A stretch of DNA of 38,256 nucleotides from Catajapyx aquilonaris (lineage: Eukaryota), in contig JYFJ02003734.1 of assembly GCA_000934665.2 (NCBI GenBank), positions 1 to 38,256 on the forward strand. Reading direction: 5' to 3'. Positions within the stretch are counted from its first letter, which is position 1. The number at the start of each line of letters is the position of its first letter. Below, one piece after another: positions 23,135-34,560 of this stretch. The translations under genes and the position numbers were made by a program. The notes under the pieces are model-generated. The model saw only the letters and a program-made list of their open reading frames with translations, ran no database searches and was not told where the DNA came from.

Positions 23135-23481
23135 CCATATCAAACCAACTAACAACACTGAGAAAATGAGCATTTCAACATTTCTACGCATGGTCAGTCT
23201 TTCGATTCAAAAGTTTGTGCTACATTCTGGCATATCTGTTGAGCAGTTTTGCTTGTACATACAAAAATATCTTTTGGCAAGGAGCTAATTTGCCTTTCAA
23301 ACCATATTTTCATGCGCCGAGTGGCATGCCAGTAAAATGGGGGAGAGCAGGTTTTTAATAATCATCACACGGTGGCTATACTGACATGCTGATAGTGAGA
23401 GGGCTTCCTCGAGTAAGATGTCAGCGTGCTGGTCATCCCTAATTAACACTGAAATGCCACCCTATCCAGAAATTTATGGTA

Positions 23482-23764
23482 CAGTAGAACCCTGATTATC
23501 CGTCACCCACAGAACCAGCATGGTCGGAACAAAAAAGGTCAGATAATTTAAAGAGGCGAGAAAGCTTTAATGAAACTACATACCATATTATGGTTTTCTA
23601 AGAAATAGTGAAGTCCTGTATTTATCCTTTACATACGCACTCCACTGCACTGTATTTACAATTTAACTATGGCAATGCGAAACAAATGCATAGTACATTA
23701 CAGTATTTGATGAGAAAACAGATTTATTGCTGGAGTGGACGGTCGGATAATCGGGGTTCTACTG
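23482..23764. mobile_element. pogo/Tigger-like MITE
   Basis: TA|CAGTAGAACCCTGATTATCCG ... CGGATAATCGGGGTTCTACTG|TA. Confidence 0.85.
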
Positions 23765-24029
23765 TACCTGAAAAGTTCATGACATGGGAAGTGATTGCAA
23801 CATTACCATTGGCATAGCGATCATGGCTAGAAAATACATGGAATGATAACACTGGCTACAACCACTTAATAAAAAGGTAACTGATTAGTGTGGCATAAAA
23901 ATTACAACAATTACAACAATGTATCATATAATAATTTCACATTCATTCTGCAGTGCTGAAATTACTGCTGAGTCAGAACTTCGTACAAATTCTCTGTATT
24001 AACATAAAAACGCTATCTGACAGATTGGC

Positions 24030-24168
24030 CATGTATCAACAGTTCAAAAAGAATTGTCCCGTCGCGTCGAGTGGGCAGCCACGCGCCAGGATGAAAGGAA
24101 CCAGTTAACTGGTTCCTTTCATCCTGCTCGACGCGACGGGACAATTCTTTTTGAACTGTTGATACATG
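24030..24168. repeat. Loop-less palindrome (probable collapsed TIR element)
   Basis: CATGTATCAACAGTTCAAAAAGAATTGTCCCGTCGCGTCGAG and its exact reverse complement; centre GGAACCAGTTAACTGGTTCC. Confidence 0.85.
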
Positions 24169-24424
24169 AACTGCATTGAGAGGTGTATCCTGATCAGCAT
24201 TGTTATTCAATGCTGAGTAATACACTTGCACAACTGATTAGAATACATGACATTCACATGTTTGCTTGCAATCTGACTGCAAAAAATTCGCATGCGATCA
24301 TTATTTACATGGCTCAAGATGCATAAAAGCTGTGCCAACTCAGATGTAGTGCTTCATCACAACCCTTTCTGATTGCCTGCAACTTACCAGTAAAAGAAAA
24401 AATTATTTTTCTTTTACTGATAAG

Positions 24425-24780
24425 TTGCAGGCAAGAGCATTTGAGAGTGACATGATCCAAATCCGCCACTCATACATTGGAGTTGATGAAAAAGTAGATG
24501 TATCTTCCTTAAGTAACCGAGTCCAGAAACTGAGTCTCCAGGTGGAAATGCTGCGGAAGGAGGCAGGACAGCTGAGGGAGGGTAGAACAGTTTTGGAGGA
24601 GAAGCTGGCTGAGTCATCGCAAGTGGCCATGAAGGTTCTGAAGATGGTGAGGGTCACGTCCTACACAGTTGCACAGTTGAAAGCTCACCAGTTTCATAGC
24701 AAGGGGGAAGAGGCACAGGAGAACCTCAGGAAGTCAGTCTGAAATTATAACTTGTTCATGTTAAGTTTTTAAAAGTGCTA
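24425..24780 (+). pseudogene. Inverted paralogous copy of the TRAIP-like coiled-coil exon
   Basis: RAFESDMIQIRHSYIGVDEKVDVSSLSNRVQKLSLQVEMLRKEAGQLRE... aligns with 29152-29488(-), including the donor and intron start gtcagtctgaaattataa. Confidence 0.7.
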
Positions 24781-25219
24781 CAAAAAAAACCTGCTTGTAG
24801 ATGACAATTAGATTATTGTTTTTAAAATTCAAACTTTGAGGTAATTCATGCTCATCAACATCCATATCACAAGTGGGTAAAGTCATGATTTTTCATTTAT
24901 CTGTGCCCACAATTCTCTGGCACTTTTTTGTAATCCACCCACTATCTGCTTGTGCAATTGTCCGAACAAAACTCGGCAAAATTTGCTACAAAACTGCAAA
25001 TTTAATTATTAGTAGCCATACTGTAACACTGGTATCATAAAAAAGGTAGCAATGTAATAGATTGGCAGAAATTGCAGGAAGGGCCTTCTGATAGAGGAAT
25101 GCTGCAAAATTTATACATCTTGCCTGATTACATGATGATGAAAAATAGGCAAAGATGTGAACTTTTACTTCAGTAGGCCATTTGAAAATAAATTCATGAA
25201 AAATGTTGCAAACACTGAC

Positions 25220-25368
25220 CTGCTTGGCTTCCTGGTAGTTTGCATATATGTCATCCACCAGTTTTTGGGAGGCATGTGCACTTCCTCCAAAACTCATTGC
25301 GATGCTTCTGAAGCTTAAATACCTCCATCTGAGACTTCCTGTTAAGGTGCCTCTGCTTGTTCAGTTCC
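25220..25368 (-). pseudogene. Probable further coiled-coil exon of the TRAIP-like pseudogene (frameshifted)
   Basis: Acceptor tctttgcag, donor CAG|gtcagt; ELNKQRHLNRKSQMEVFKLQKHRNEFWRKC / ASQKLVDDIYANYQEAKQ needs one frameshift. Confidence 0.45.
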
Positions 25369-25563
25369 CTGCAAAGAAGAGTTAAAAAATTACTCCCAAT
25401 TGCACCTCCAAGTGAAAAGTTTATTTGCACACAACTTTTTTTATTACCACTTCTTTTTATGGTAAAAAGTTGGAGAATAGAGGGGAAAAGGTGGGGAACA
25501 TTTTCACAAATACCTTATAAGCTTCACCTGAACTGAGAAAATTATCAAGTATTTAGGACACAT

Positions 25564-25672
25564 GGGTGGAATTTTCGTCGTACTACTAGTTACTTTTAAC
25601 CTAGCAGTACCAGTGTAATGCAATGGTACTGCTAAGTTAAAAGTAACTAGTACAACGACGAAAATTCCACCC
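25564..25672. mobile_element. Hairpin MITE (Harbinger-like), third family copy
   Basis: TIR GGGTGGAATTTTCGTCGT; 3-bp TSD CAT. Confidence 0.8.
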
Positions 25673-25714
25673 CATCTCTTTATGTGACAGCGCCAAAGTT
25701 CTCATCTGATTATA

Positions 25715-27341
25715 CCTTACCCACATCCCATGGAGGGGTGGGGTAGTAAACAAAATATGACAAAAAATCCCAGTGAAGATTACATGGACTTTAGAATTGA
25801 TAATGATGAAGAGTAACAATGGAGCTAGGATGGCACCAGAGTTAATGTTAATTTGACAGTTAACTGAAAAAAATATGATTACACTTTGGACAGTGAATTT
25901 CAGTGGGGTCTGGTAATAATTGCTGTCACTACATTAATTTGTTACATAGCAGGAGATTTATTTTAATGACGAACCTGAGGAGCCACACAAACCCAAAGAC
26001 TGAATTGAAATTAATTACAAAAAATTTGTCGCTGAATTAAAAATGTCGATATATCGGTTAAGTTTTCAGAATTTGCTACCCCTTTGCTGAACTACATTTA
26101 ACATTGTTATTTATTAATAAATTAAAATGTGATGATATTGTGTATTTAGACCTCAGTGCAATGTGCTACGGTAAAAACTTTCAATTGAATGAATGCGAAA
26201 TGGCTTTTTAAATCCCTGCACTCAAAAATGCACAGAAAATTCGACATTTGCAAGCCGTGATAAACATTTTAAAATTCTGTGGTGGATTTTTTGTAATTAA
26301 TTTTAATGCTGTCTTCAGGTTTGTGTGGCCCCTCAGGTTTGTGACCCGAAAAATCCGGTCACAGGTTCATTGTTAAAATTAATGTCCTGCTACGTAACAA
26401 ATTAATGCAGTGACAGCAATTATTACCAGACCCCACCGAAATTCACTGTCCAAAGTGTAATCATATTTTTTTCAGTTGTTAACTGTCAAATTAACATTAA
26501 CTCTGGTGCCATCCTAGCTCCATTGTTACTCTTCATCATTAATCATTATCAATGGGAAGTAGCCTTGGTCTGGGATTTGGGATTTTTGTTCATAACTAGC
26601 TAGCCCATGCCTGTAAACATACATTCCATCACTCTGTTGCATCAAAATGACATTACTGGATAAATTACGGCACATTTAAAAGTGTCTTCAAAATTGGCGG
26701 GAAAAACGCAGCAGCCAATCGAAAGGGTACACTGAAATGCCTGGTTGACTGCGAGATATGAGGAATTTGACTTTGAATTAACCGCGGACACGACGGAAAG
26801 CATTCGCAAGGCGGCTGTAGGGCAGGCTGTAGGCCATCGAGGTGGAGAAAAGGGGCCTTCATGTGCCCAATTCGGGTGACAGATATTTCCGAGCTGGTGG
26901 CATCACTGCCACGTACAAAGCGGCTTCAGCGGCCTGGAATAAATACGCGCCCCGGCCGCTATCTTGCTCACGGAATGGGACGGGGACGGTTGCTAACAAC
27001 AGCGAAGCATTTTACGACAATGACGGGGCGCGTTCTATAACACCATTTTTGCGTTCATTTCACTTCGCGTGACGTCAACATTTTCTAGGGAAACAGTGAC
27101 GTCACCATTTCCCTACATAAAAACCCCAATTACTCCGGAACTGAAACTGATATCTTAAAACAGAATACGCCAAAAAAATCCAAAAAATATGGGCGAATTT
27201 ATTATGTAGTTTCCAAAATGAAGGCTACTTCCCCATTCTAAAGTCCATGTAATCTTCACTAGGATTTTTTGTCATATTTTGTTTACTACTCCACCCCTCC
27301 ACTTTTTGGGGGCGCGCGTAAACTATGGGATCTGGGTAAGG
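25715..27341. mobile_element. Non-autonomous TIR element (CCTTACCC...GGGTAAGG, TA flanks) with a nested insertion in its left TIR
   Basis: 25731-25797 is the reverse complement of ~27235-27301. The left TIR resumes at 26554 (gggaagtagcctt, matching aaggctacttcccc at 27221). Confidence 0.75.
25798..26551. mobile_element. Long-TIR (~230 bp) foldback element nested in the previous element
   Basis: 25798-26025 is the reverse complement of ~26287-26551 (TGATAATGATGAAGAGTAACAATGGAGCTAGGATGGCACCAGAG...). Confidence 0.8.
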
Positions 27342-28005
27342 TATTGGCTTTAGGATCCTGTGATAGATGGATAATTGCATGCAACCATTATTAAGGCTGT
27401 CAATAATGTAAATGTGCAATTTACAGCCTATAGATAATTTTTTTTACATTGCACTCTTCTCAAACTTCTTAACCTCAAGCTATCACATTGACAAACGAAT
27501 AACATAAAGCCACCGCCCAAGGCTATGAGAACTGGAGAGTAGAGCTCACTCATCTCTCCCCAGAAATACTGACAAATGAGAATAAAATTGCACTCTCTGG
27601 CTTGAAACCCTTTGAAACCTCTCCCATGATGTAACACTCCCCCTCACTTTAAAACAAGATGGAAAAAAAGACACTGATTGTTGATATTGCGACATCAATG
27701 TTTCTTGCCAGCTCTACCACCTCCCAAATTGGGATAGGTGGAGAGGTTACGAGCAACCCATTTTCCTCATTGTCCTCTTCATTTTAAAAATGTGGCAGGA
27801 AAGTCTTGCATAAGCAAAGTGTTCCTCGTTTTAAAAGGGACAGGAGGAGGCACTGCAAAAGCATCCATCACATTTATTTTATGGAAATGGTAGGGGAGAC
27901 GGGGGCACAGTGGTCCACTTTTGAACATTTAAATTTTTAAAAGAGCTCCTGTTATACCTTCACACCCAATATTTTATGGCATGGTGGGGGTACTCATTGG
28001 TAATA

Positions 28006-28240
28006 CAGGGTGGACGGAAAGTTTCTGACCCCCCCAGGTTTTTTAACCCTACTTTTCACAGCGTCTTTTCACAGTTATTAATGGAATTGCAAGAGCGAAG
28101 GTGCTCAGATGTTCTCAAGATTATGCTTCAAAAGATAGTGTACATTAGAACTGCTTGTGGACTTTTAAAAGATGTGAAAAGACGCTGTGAAAAGTAGGGT
28201 TAAAAAACCTGGGGGTGTCCGAAACTTTCCGTCCACCCTG
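28006..28240. mobile_element. Tc1/mariner-like hairpin MITE
   Basis: TA|CAGGGTGGACGGAAAGTTTC ... GAAACTTTCCGTCCACCCTG|TA, arms about 65 bp. Confidence 0.88.
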
Positions 28241-28388
28241 TATAATTGATTATTATCCCTCCACTTTAAATCACTTCTGCGTACATTGGCCAACATCAAG
28301 TTCAACATAAATATTATACATAATTAATAAATATAATTGGGAAACTGCATTCTTCCACTCATGTAAACAAACTCACATGACATACGCC

Positions 28389-28702
28389 CAAGGGGGTAGT
28401 CACTCTTCAAAAAAGTGTACACCGGCTCTCTTGAATTGCGGCTCTCCTCAGCTCTCTGCGGCATAGGTGAGCTAGTAAGAGCGTGGATGTACCGGTGTAT
28501 ACTCAGTGGTGAGCCAGGGAGAGCCAAGGAGAGCTGTAGAGAGCAGAGGAGTGCTGAGGAGTGTCGCGGGGCAAACTACGTCATGATGAGGAGCAATGGT
28601 GCATTTTGCCCCAGCTCTCCTCCGCTCCCCTAGGTTCTCCCCGGTCCTCCGCGACTCACCAGTGAGGGTGTACACCAGCTCTCCGAAGTGACTACCCCCT
28701 TG
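28389..28702. mobile_element. MITE with CAAGGGGGTAGTCACT TIRs, copy B
   Basis: 8-bp TSD CATACGCC/CATAAGCC; termini shared with 8223-8499. Confidence 0.85.
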
Positions 28703-28850
28703 CATAAGCCATTCGTTATAGCAGCATCTTTACGCTCTATGCATGTGCGGTTCCTCAGGGATCCGAGTTATATACAAATCCGACTTATGGACATTTTCAG
28801 AAACGTAACCCCGCTCATAGACTGGGGAGTACCTGTAAATGATGCTACAC

Positions 28851-29103
28851 CAGTGGTTCTCAAATGGTGGGGCGCGAGGGGGGGGGGGGGGGNGGGGGGT
28901 CCAAAAATTATGATTCGAAACAGGGGCAAAAGTCGCACTGATTAGGTAAGTACAGTACTTCTGTACATTCATAAACTACTTACTGGACTACTTACTAGTA
29001 GTGCAGTAGTCATAGTGCTGTCGTAGTGCCTGGTTGGGTTGGGGATGGAGGGACCCTACATATATCTGAAGGGGCACGATGCGGCATAGGTTGAGAACTG
29101 CTG
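28851..29103. mobile_element. hAT/Charlie-like MITE
   Basis: CAGTGGTTCTCAA ... TTGAGAACTGCTG; perfect 8-bp TSD TGCTACAC; contains a poly-G run with an ambiguous base (n, 28893). Confidence 0.88.
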
Positions 29104-29151
29104 TGCTACACTCTAAAACTCAACATGAACCTATTATAATTTCAGACTGAC

Positions 29152-29488
29152 TTCCTGAGCTGTTCCAGCTTCTTCTTGGCCTCCTGCACCTCTTCTTCAA
29201 CCTTGTTGAAAGACTTGATCTGAGTTTCCAGTTGTGTCACTGTATAGGACATGACCCTCATCATCTTCTGAATCTTCTTGGCCACTTGCCACGACTCAGC
29301 CAGCTTCTCCTCCAAAATGGTTTTTTCTTCCCTCAGCTGTCCTGCCTCCTTCCGCACCATTTCCACCTGGAGACTAAGTTTCTGGACTTGGTTACTCAAC
29401 TTTTTCATCACCTCCTATGTATGAATGGTGGAGTTGGATCATGTCACGCTCAAATGCTCTGGTCCGACATTGCGGTCACGTGTGAGAC
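29152..29488 (-). pseudogene. TRAIP/nopo-like RING E3 ligase pseudogene, exon with the RING end and coiled coil
   Basis: Acceptor catcag; SHT*PQCRTRAFERDMIQL (cf. TRAIP SRTCPQCR); frameshifting deletion near 29400 relative to the 24425 copy; then coiled coil LSNQVQKLSLQVEMVRKEAGQLREE. Confidence 0.7.
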
Positions 29489-30253
29489 CTGATGATGAAA
29501 GGGAATAATGGTGGAGCTACATTCCAAAGACATGTGGCATATGCAATGCAAATTATGCGACCCTCTGCTTTAAAAAATGTCAGCTTTATTACCATAAAAA
29601 TTCTACGACCAAACACAGCCCAATTTTCTCTGCAATCTCACTAAATTAATCAACGAGGAAACTCACGTAATTTGATGCATAGATTTTGAATTCAATTGAC
29701 TTATTAGTATCTTTATCATTCTTCTTCTTCTTGACATGTGTGCAGCAATGCAAAAAAACTCACATCCAGGAAAATATGACAAGTTTAATTCAGCAGTGAT
29801 GGTAAAAAGGACAAGCAATGAATTTTCCTACCCATATAGCCTCCAATAATGTCCCGGAAAAATATGTTTTAAAAAGACCTACTTGCTTGATGGCCACAAA
29901 CTTCAGAAAAAGACGAAATTGATTACACTTAAAAAAATAAAGTTACTGGCAGGCTACAGTCACATGGATAAGTAAATTTTCTTTTTCCGTGGAAATATCC
30001 CTCCTTCAAATTAAGAAATGCAGCTTTGTTGCACACATAGGGCGTATAAGCCCTGTTATTTTGTTAGCCTACCGTAGCTACACTGTTAACCACAAAGCAT
30101 TAAAAGGGCATCACATTTTAATGCTCTTGTAATGCTTTTTATGCAACAAAAAAAATTACATTAGGTTGTGTCGGGGACACAAGCCGCAGCATTTGCGGGC
30201 TCAACCTACATTATGTTTCACTTTTCTCGACTATAATGACGGGGGCATGCAGG

Positions 30254-30583
30254 CGTGGATACGTCTTTAAAATAGGATCAGGGGGCATGCAAGCAAACTC
30301 GAGTGTTACAGAAAAGCTTCGGTTATAATAGACTCGGTTATAGCAGACTCGGTTATAATAGACTGTAATGCTTCGAGTTTGCCTGGATGCCCCCGCCATG
30401 GGAACTCGAGCGTTACAGAAAAGCCTCGGTTTTAGCAGACTCGGTTATAATAGACTGTAATGCTTTTCTGTAACGCCCGAGTTTGCCTGCATGCCCCCGC
30501 CAAGGGTCACTGCTGTAACGCTTTTCTGTAACGCTTGAGTTTGCCTGCATGCCCCCTGATCCGATTTTAAAGACATATCCACG
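30254..30583. mobile_element. Foldback element with internal tandem repeats
   Basis: CGTGGATACGTCTTTAAAATAGGATCAGGGGGCATGCA pairs with TGCATGCCCCCTGATCCGATTTTAAAGACATATCCACG; internal (gactcggttata) repeats; a further inverted pair at ~30113-30140 / 30586-30613. Confidence 0.7.
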
Positions 30584-30806
30584 TCAAAAGCATTACAAGG
30601 GCATTAAAAATGTATAATGCTCCATGGGAGACTCAGTCGTGATGCTTGCGGTTTTCAGTGTATACTCAACAGAACTTGCAATTACAATAGTTTAAATATT
30701 AACCCTTGCCAAGCCCATCAAGAAATTCAAGGGCCCAAAGTTGCTTTTGCTTGTTCTTTCCATGATACATAAACACCCATGTAAAATACAAAACACTTTC
30801 ACATAC

Positions 30807-30976
30807 TTTAGAAGCCACTGAAGCAAGCAAACATGGCGGAACATGTGCCCACAGTGAAAATAATACACATCCTCGGAGTTGTCGTGAACATCTCGTAACA
30901 CATGCCTCATCCTTTGGCCAGGTTCAATCTCTGCCTCTTCAAATGTAACTGTTCAGATCTCCTTTTCCAACAACTG
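30807..30976 (-). pseudogene. TRAIP/nopo-like RING E3 ligase pseudogene, first coding exon (RING-H2 N-terminal part)
   Basis: AKG*GMCYEMF / DNSEDVYYFHCGHMFRHVCLLQWLL aligns to TRAIP CTICSDFFDHSRDVAAIHCGHTFHLQCLIQWF with the same 14-residue spacing once 2 extra bases are removed; donor AA|gtatgt is in phase with the next exon. Confidence 0.7.
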
Positions 30977-31261
30977 CTGAAAAAAAACAAGGAAAAACAT
31001 TAGTCAATGGTGAATCACCTAGAAGGGTATCATGCCATAATGAAGCAAAGGACCATTTCCATCAAAGTGGTGTCTGTGGAATGGAGCAGTATGTGCCACT
31101 GACCACTTGCACTAAAAATCCTACACTGGTAGTATCAAACATGACAAATTTGAAATTTCCAAGGGTATGCCAAAACCCCGTTTGATCAGGTTGCAGCTGG
31201 CCTACAACAGGCAATGTATTATGCCAGAACTGACTCACTATGGGATATACTATGCACAACA

Positions 31262-31504
31262 GAGTTCAGGGTCACCTCTGGCTTCGTCTCGGGTGGTATA
31301 TCCTACAGTCTAAACCACCCGGGGAGTTCACTAAAAATGGCCACAGAGTCAGATTCACTGCACTTTGCACATCCCCTCCTGTCATCCTGCCCGTGGGCCC
31401 GGGCGCTTCAAAAATAGGATTCCCAAAAATTGTATACCATCGAAATAAAGGTCTGGCAGAAGGCCCCTCTGGGGCTAGCCGAATACCCAATCAATTATTA
31501 TTAT
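31262..31504 (+). mobile_element. 5'-truncated retroelement insertion with (TTA)n tail
   Basis: 14-bp TSD TACTATGCACAACA (31248-31261, 31505-31518); AATAAA at ~31444; terminal hairpin; TTA tail. Confidence 0.75.
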
Positions 31505-31631
31505 TACTATGCACAACAACTGGTTTGTTACAATTTAGGCTTTCAAATTGCAAATGTCCATGTGGAATAATTTGCTTATGGCCTCAATACATGGCTGGGC
31601 GAGGTATAAGGGAAGCAGCATCATGTTTGTA

Positions 31632-32617
31632 TTAGGTATATAGTCAATAAGTTCCCGTCCCGGCCGCGGGAGGCCGGCAGGTGACACGGAGACAGGTGCC
31701 GCTGTGGTTGGCTGTGAGGTACATTTGCAGTCGCCAACCTGGCCAAGAGTGAACTCGGTGTGCTGCTTAATAGCTGCAGTACACAGTCGAAAAATGTCGT
31801 TCACCATATCAGGCGCGTCCATGGCGGGCGAACGGGCAGTAATTCAGTTCCTGTGTGCAGAGGGAGCGGGACCGAAGGAGATTCATACACGCATGAGGGC
31901 TGTGTATGGAGACACTTGCGTGGCGTACTCGACAGTGAAGGACTGGGTACCCCATTTCCGCAGTGGTCGACAAGGCACATCGGACATGGGACGGTCACGC
32001 ACGCTTTAGTACCGCTGCAGGTGTTGCAATGACAGGCTCATTCGCAACGTGCGTTGATCTGCGGTGAGGTTGTGTGGGACCCACTGGTTACACACCTTGC
32101 GATACTCAAGGACGTTATTAACGCTGTTGTACGGCTTGCCATGACTGATGCATGCCTGCTCAGCAATCCTGTCGATGGACAAGCGCCGATCACTTTGAAC
32201 CAACCCCTCGCCGCACACTAGGCTTGCATCGTTGGAGGCGGTAACAGGTCGGCCTGACTGTGCCATGTCCTACGTGCCTTGTCGACCACTGCGGAAATGG
32301 CGTACCCAGTCCTTCACTGTCGAGTACGCCACGCAAGTGTCTCCATACACAGCCCTCATGCGTGTATGAATCTCCTTCGGTCCCGCTCCCTCTGCACACA
32401 GGAACTGAATTACTGCCCGTTCGCCCGCCATGGACGCGCCTGATATGGTGAACGACATTTTTCGACTGTGTACCGCAGCTATTACGCAGCACACCGAGTT
32501 CACTCTTGGCCAGGTTGGCGACTGCTAATGTACCTCACAGCCAACCACAGCAGCACCTGTCTCCGTGTCACCTGCCGGCCTCCCGCGGCTGGGACGGGAA
32601 CTTATTGACTATACTAA
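31632..32617. mobile_element. Palindromic mariner derivative made of two 5' ends
   Basis: TA TSD; ~355-bp inverted arms. Minus strand gives MAGERAVIQFLCAEG...EIHTRMRAVYGD...WVRHFRSGR...SGRP...DRRLSIDRIA...RKVCNQWVPHNLT (mariner HTH domains and WVPHxL). No catalytic domain. Confidence 0.92.
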
Positions 32618-32842
32618 TAGAAAATGCTGACTGCAGCGGAGCCACCACTTACTGCTGGTGAGAGTCACAAGCTGATTTTAAGTCAAGCGTACCGTATGAC
32701 TGCAAATAAATACCTTATTACCTGATTTAAAGCGGCATTCCGGTGTAGTCGACGTTGACCAGTTTATAGAAATGCACGATTTGGTGGCTATACTGGCATG
32801 CGGTAAAGCGAGGTATGCCCTTATAAGGTGAGGCTTTCTTAA

Positions 32843-33596
32843 CCCCTTCGCCACCACTACCACCAGATAGTCCCGAACCACACAGATTTTAGCTGACGCG
32901 TACTCCGAAGATACAGACAAGATATTTTACAAATAATAACAGCTACACTTACCCGTTCAGGGAAAACACTATGAAAGTGTCGGGAACCATTTTACTCGTC
33001 TAGAAGTCCCTAAATTATATCCAAAAAAAAGGCTATAAAAAATCTAAATTCGAGTAGGTCCTACTGTCGACCAACTGTTAGGCTGATTTAATGATGAAAT
33101 GCATGATAATATGTGGAATAACAACCTTGAGAACCATGCCAGACGAATCTGCTGCAATCATCATACTTTGCAATAAATAAATTAATACTTATTTCCGGCT
33201 TTCTGGAACTTCGGAAAACTCCCAAATTTATTTGCTTCTTGCGAAGTACGACGATTTCAGTAAATTCGTCTTGCATGGTTCTCAAGGTTGTTATTCCACA
33301 TATTTTCACACATTTCATAATTAAACCAGCCTAACAGTTGGTCGACAGTACTTGGATATCCAGTTCTTATAGCCTTTTTTTGGAAATTTAAATTAATTTC
33401 CAAAAAAAGGCTATAAAAACTGTCTTCTAGACGCAAGGGTCTTCTAAACGAGTAAAATTGTTCCAGGCACATTCATAGTGTTTTCCCTGAATGGGTAAGT
33501 GTAGCTGTTAGTATTGTGTAAAATATCTTGTCCGTATCTTCGGAGTACGGATAAGCCAAAATCTGCGTGGGTTGGGCCTATCTAGTAGCGAAGGGG
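32843..33596. mobile_element. piggyBac-like foldback MITE
   Basis: TTAA|CCCCTTCGC ... GCGAAGGGG|TTAA; arms complementary over about 300 bp. Confidence 0.85.
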
Positions 33597-34237
33597 TTAA
33601 GCACAGCATTATCACGATCTCTGTGAATATTATTACTACTCAATTGAATGCATTACACCATGTTCTACGGTGAAAATGCATCCCAGGACACATCCCATAA
33701 GATCGTTTGTTAAGTTCTTTCACTGCAACATTTTCAATTAAAAGTGCAAGGCTGCAAGAAGGGAAGCATGCATACCAGGATATTTCATACGTTAGGTTTG
33801 GAATTAGGATTTTATTATCTGAGTAACGAGGCTTCTCCGACAAATTGATACAACTACACAAAGTGATCCTCTGATCGCCAACGAGATCTGCGACCAGCGA
33901 ACTATTGAGCAAAACTGAGCGAAACGAAGGACCAAATGAATTTGCCTTGATCCTTTGTAATGTTTAGGGCGGTTTAGGGGGGTTCCCCTCTCAGAGAAGC
34001 CTGAATATGGGATTGGTCACACTCATCTACGCCCTGTGCAATACGGTGCAACAGATGAACTTGCATATTCTCACAGCCCTGTAGGCCTGTACTCGCACAT
34101 TTTTAGTACAGTACCAGATGCATTCCAAAAAAATTGACAAGGTTCAAAATTATGGAAATCTATCTCGGTTATTGCGGCTTGTGGTGTATACTCATTACAC
34201 CAAGCATTACAGCTTGGCAAGATCTGACCTACTCACC

Positions 34238-34560
34238 ATGTCATTGCCATCACTGCATCAGCGTGCAACACCACGCAGGTCTTGGGCGCTACTCGCTAAT
34301 GTATTATTTGCTATTGAGAATTTGAGATCTTGTTCACGTGATGCCTCACGCACCACACCCGCAGACTCCCATTCATGAAACCACAGACTAGGCCCGCGGG
34401 CCCGCCGCCGGAAACAAGGAAATTTGGGAGCGTTTGGGAGCAACGCAGCAACCTGCCCACCCCAAGGCCCACCCGCATATGCCGCCTCAGCCTCACGTGA
34501 TCGATGCCTCACATGAGTCACATGTCACATCACCACACCCACCGACTCGCATTCTCCATT
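34238..34560 (-). promoter_or_regulatory. CpG-rich promoter and putative first non-coding exon, possibly of the TRAIP-like locus
   Basis: GC/CpG-rich patch; TCACGTGA at 34334-34341 and 34493-34500; CCGGAA at ~34408; minus-strand donor G|GTGAGT at ~34237. Confidence 0.4.

Noticed and set aside
30300..30560. CRISPR-like periodic repeats
   Set aside because: Short tandem units without unique spacers, inside a foldback element in eukaryotic DNA; no cas genes.
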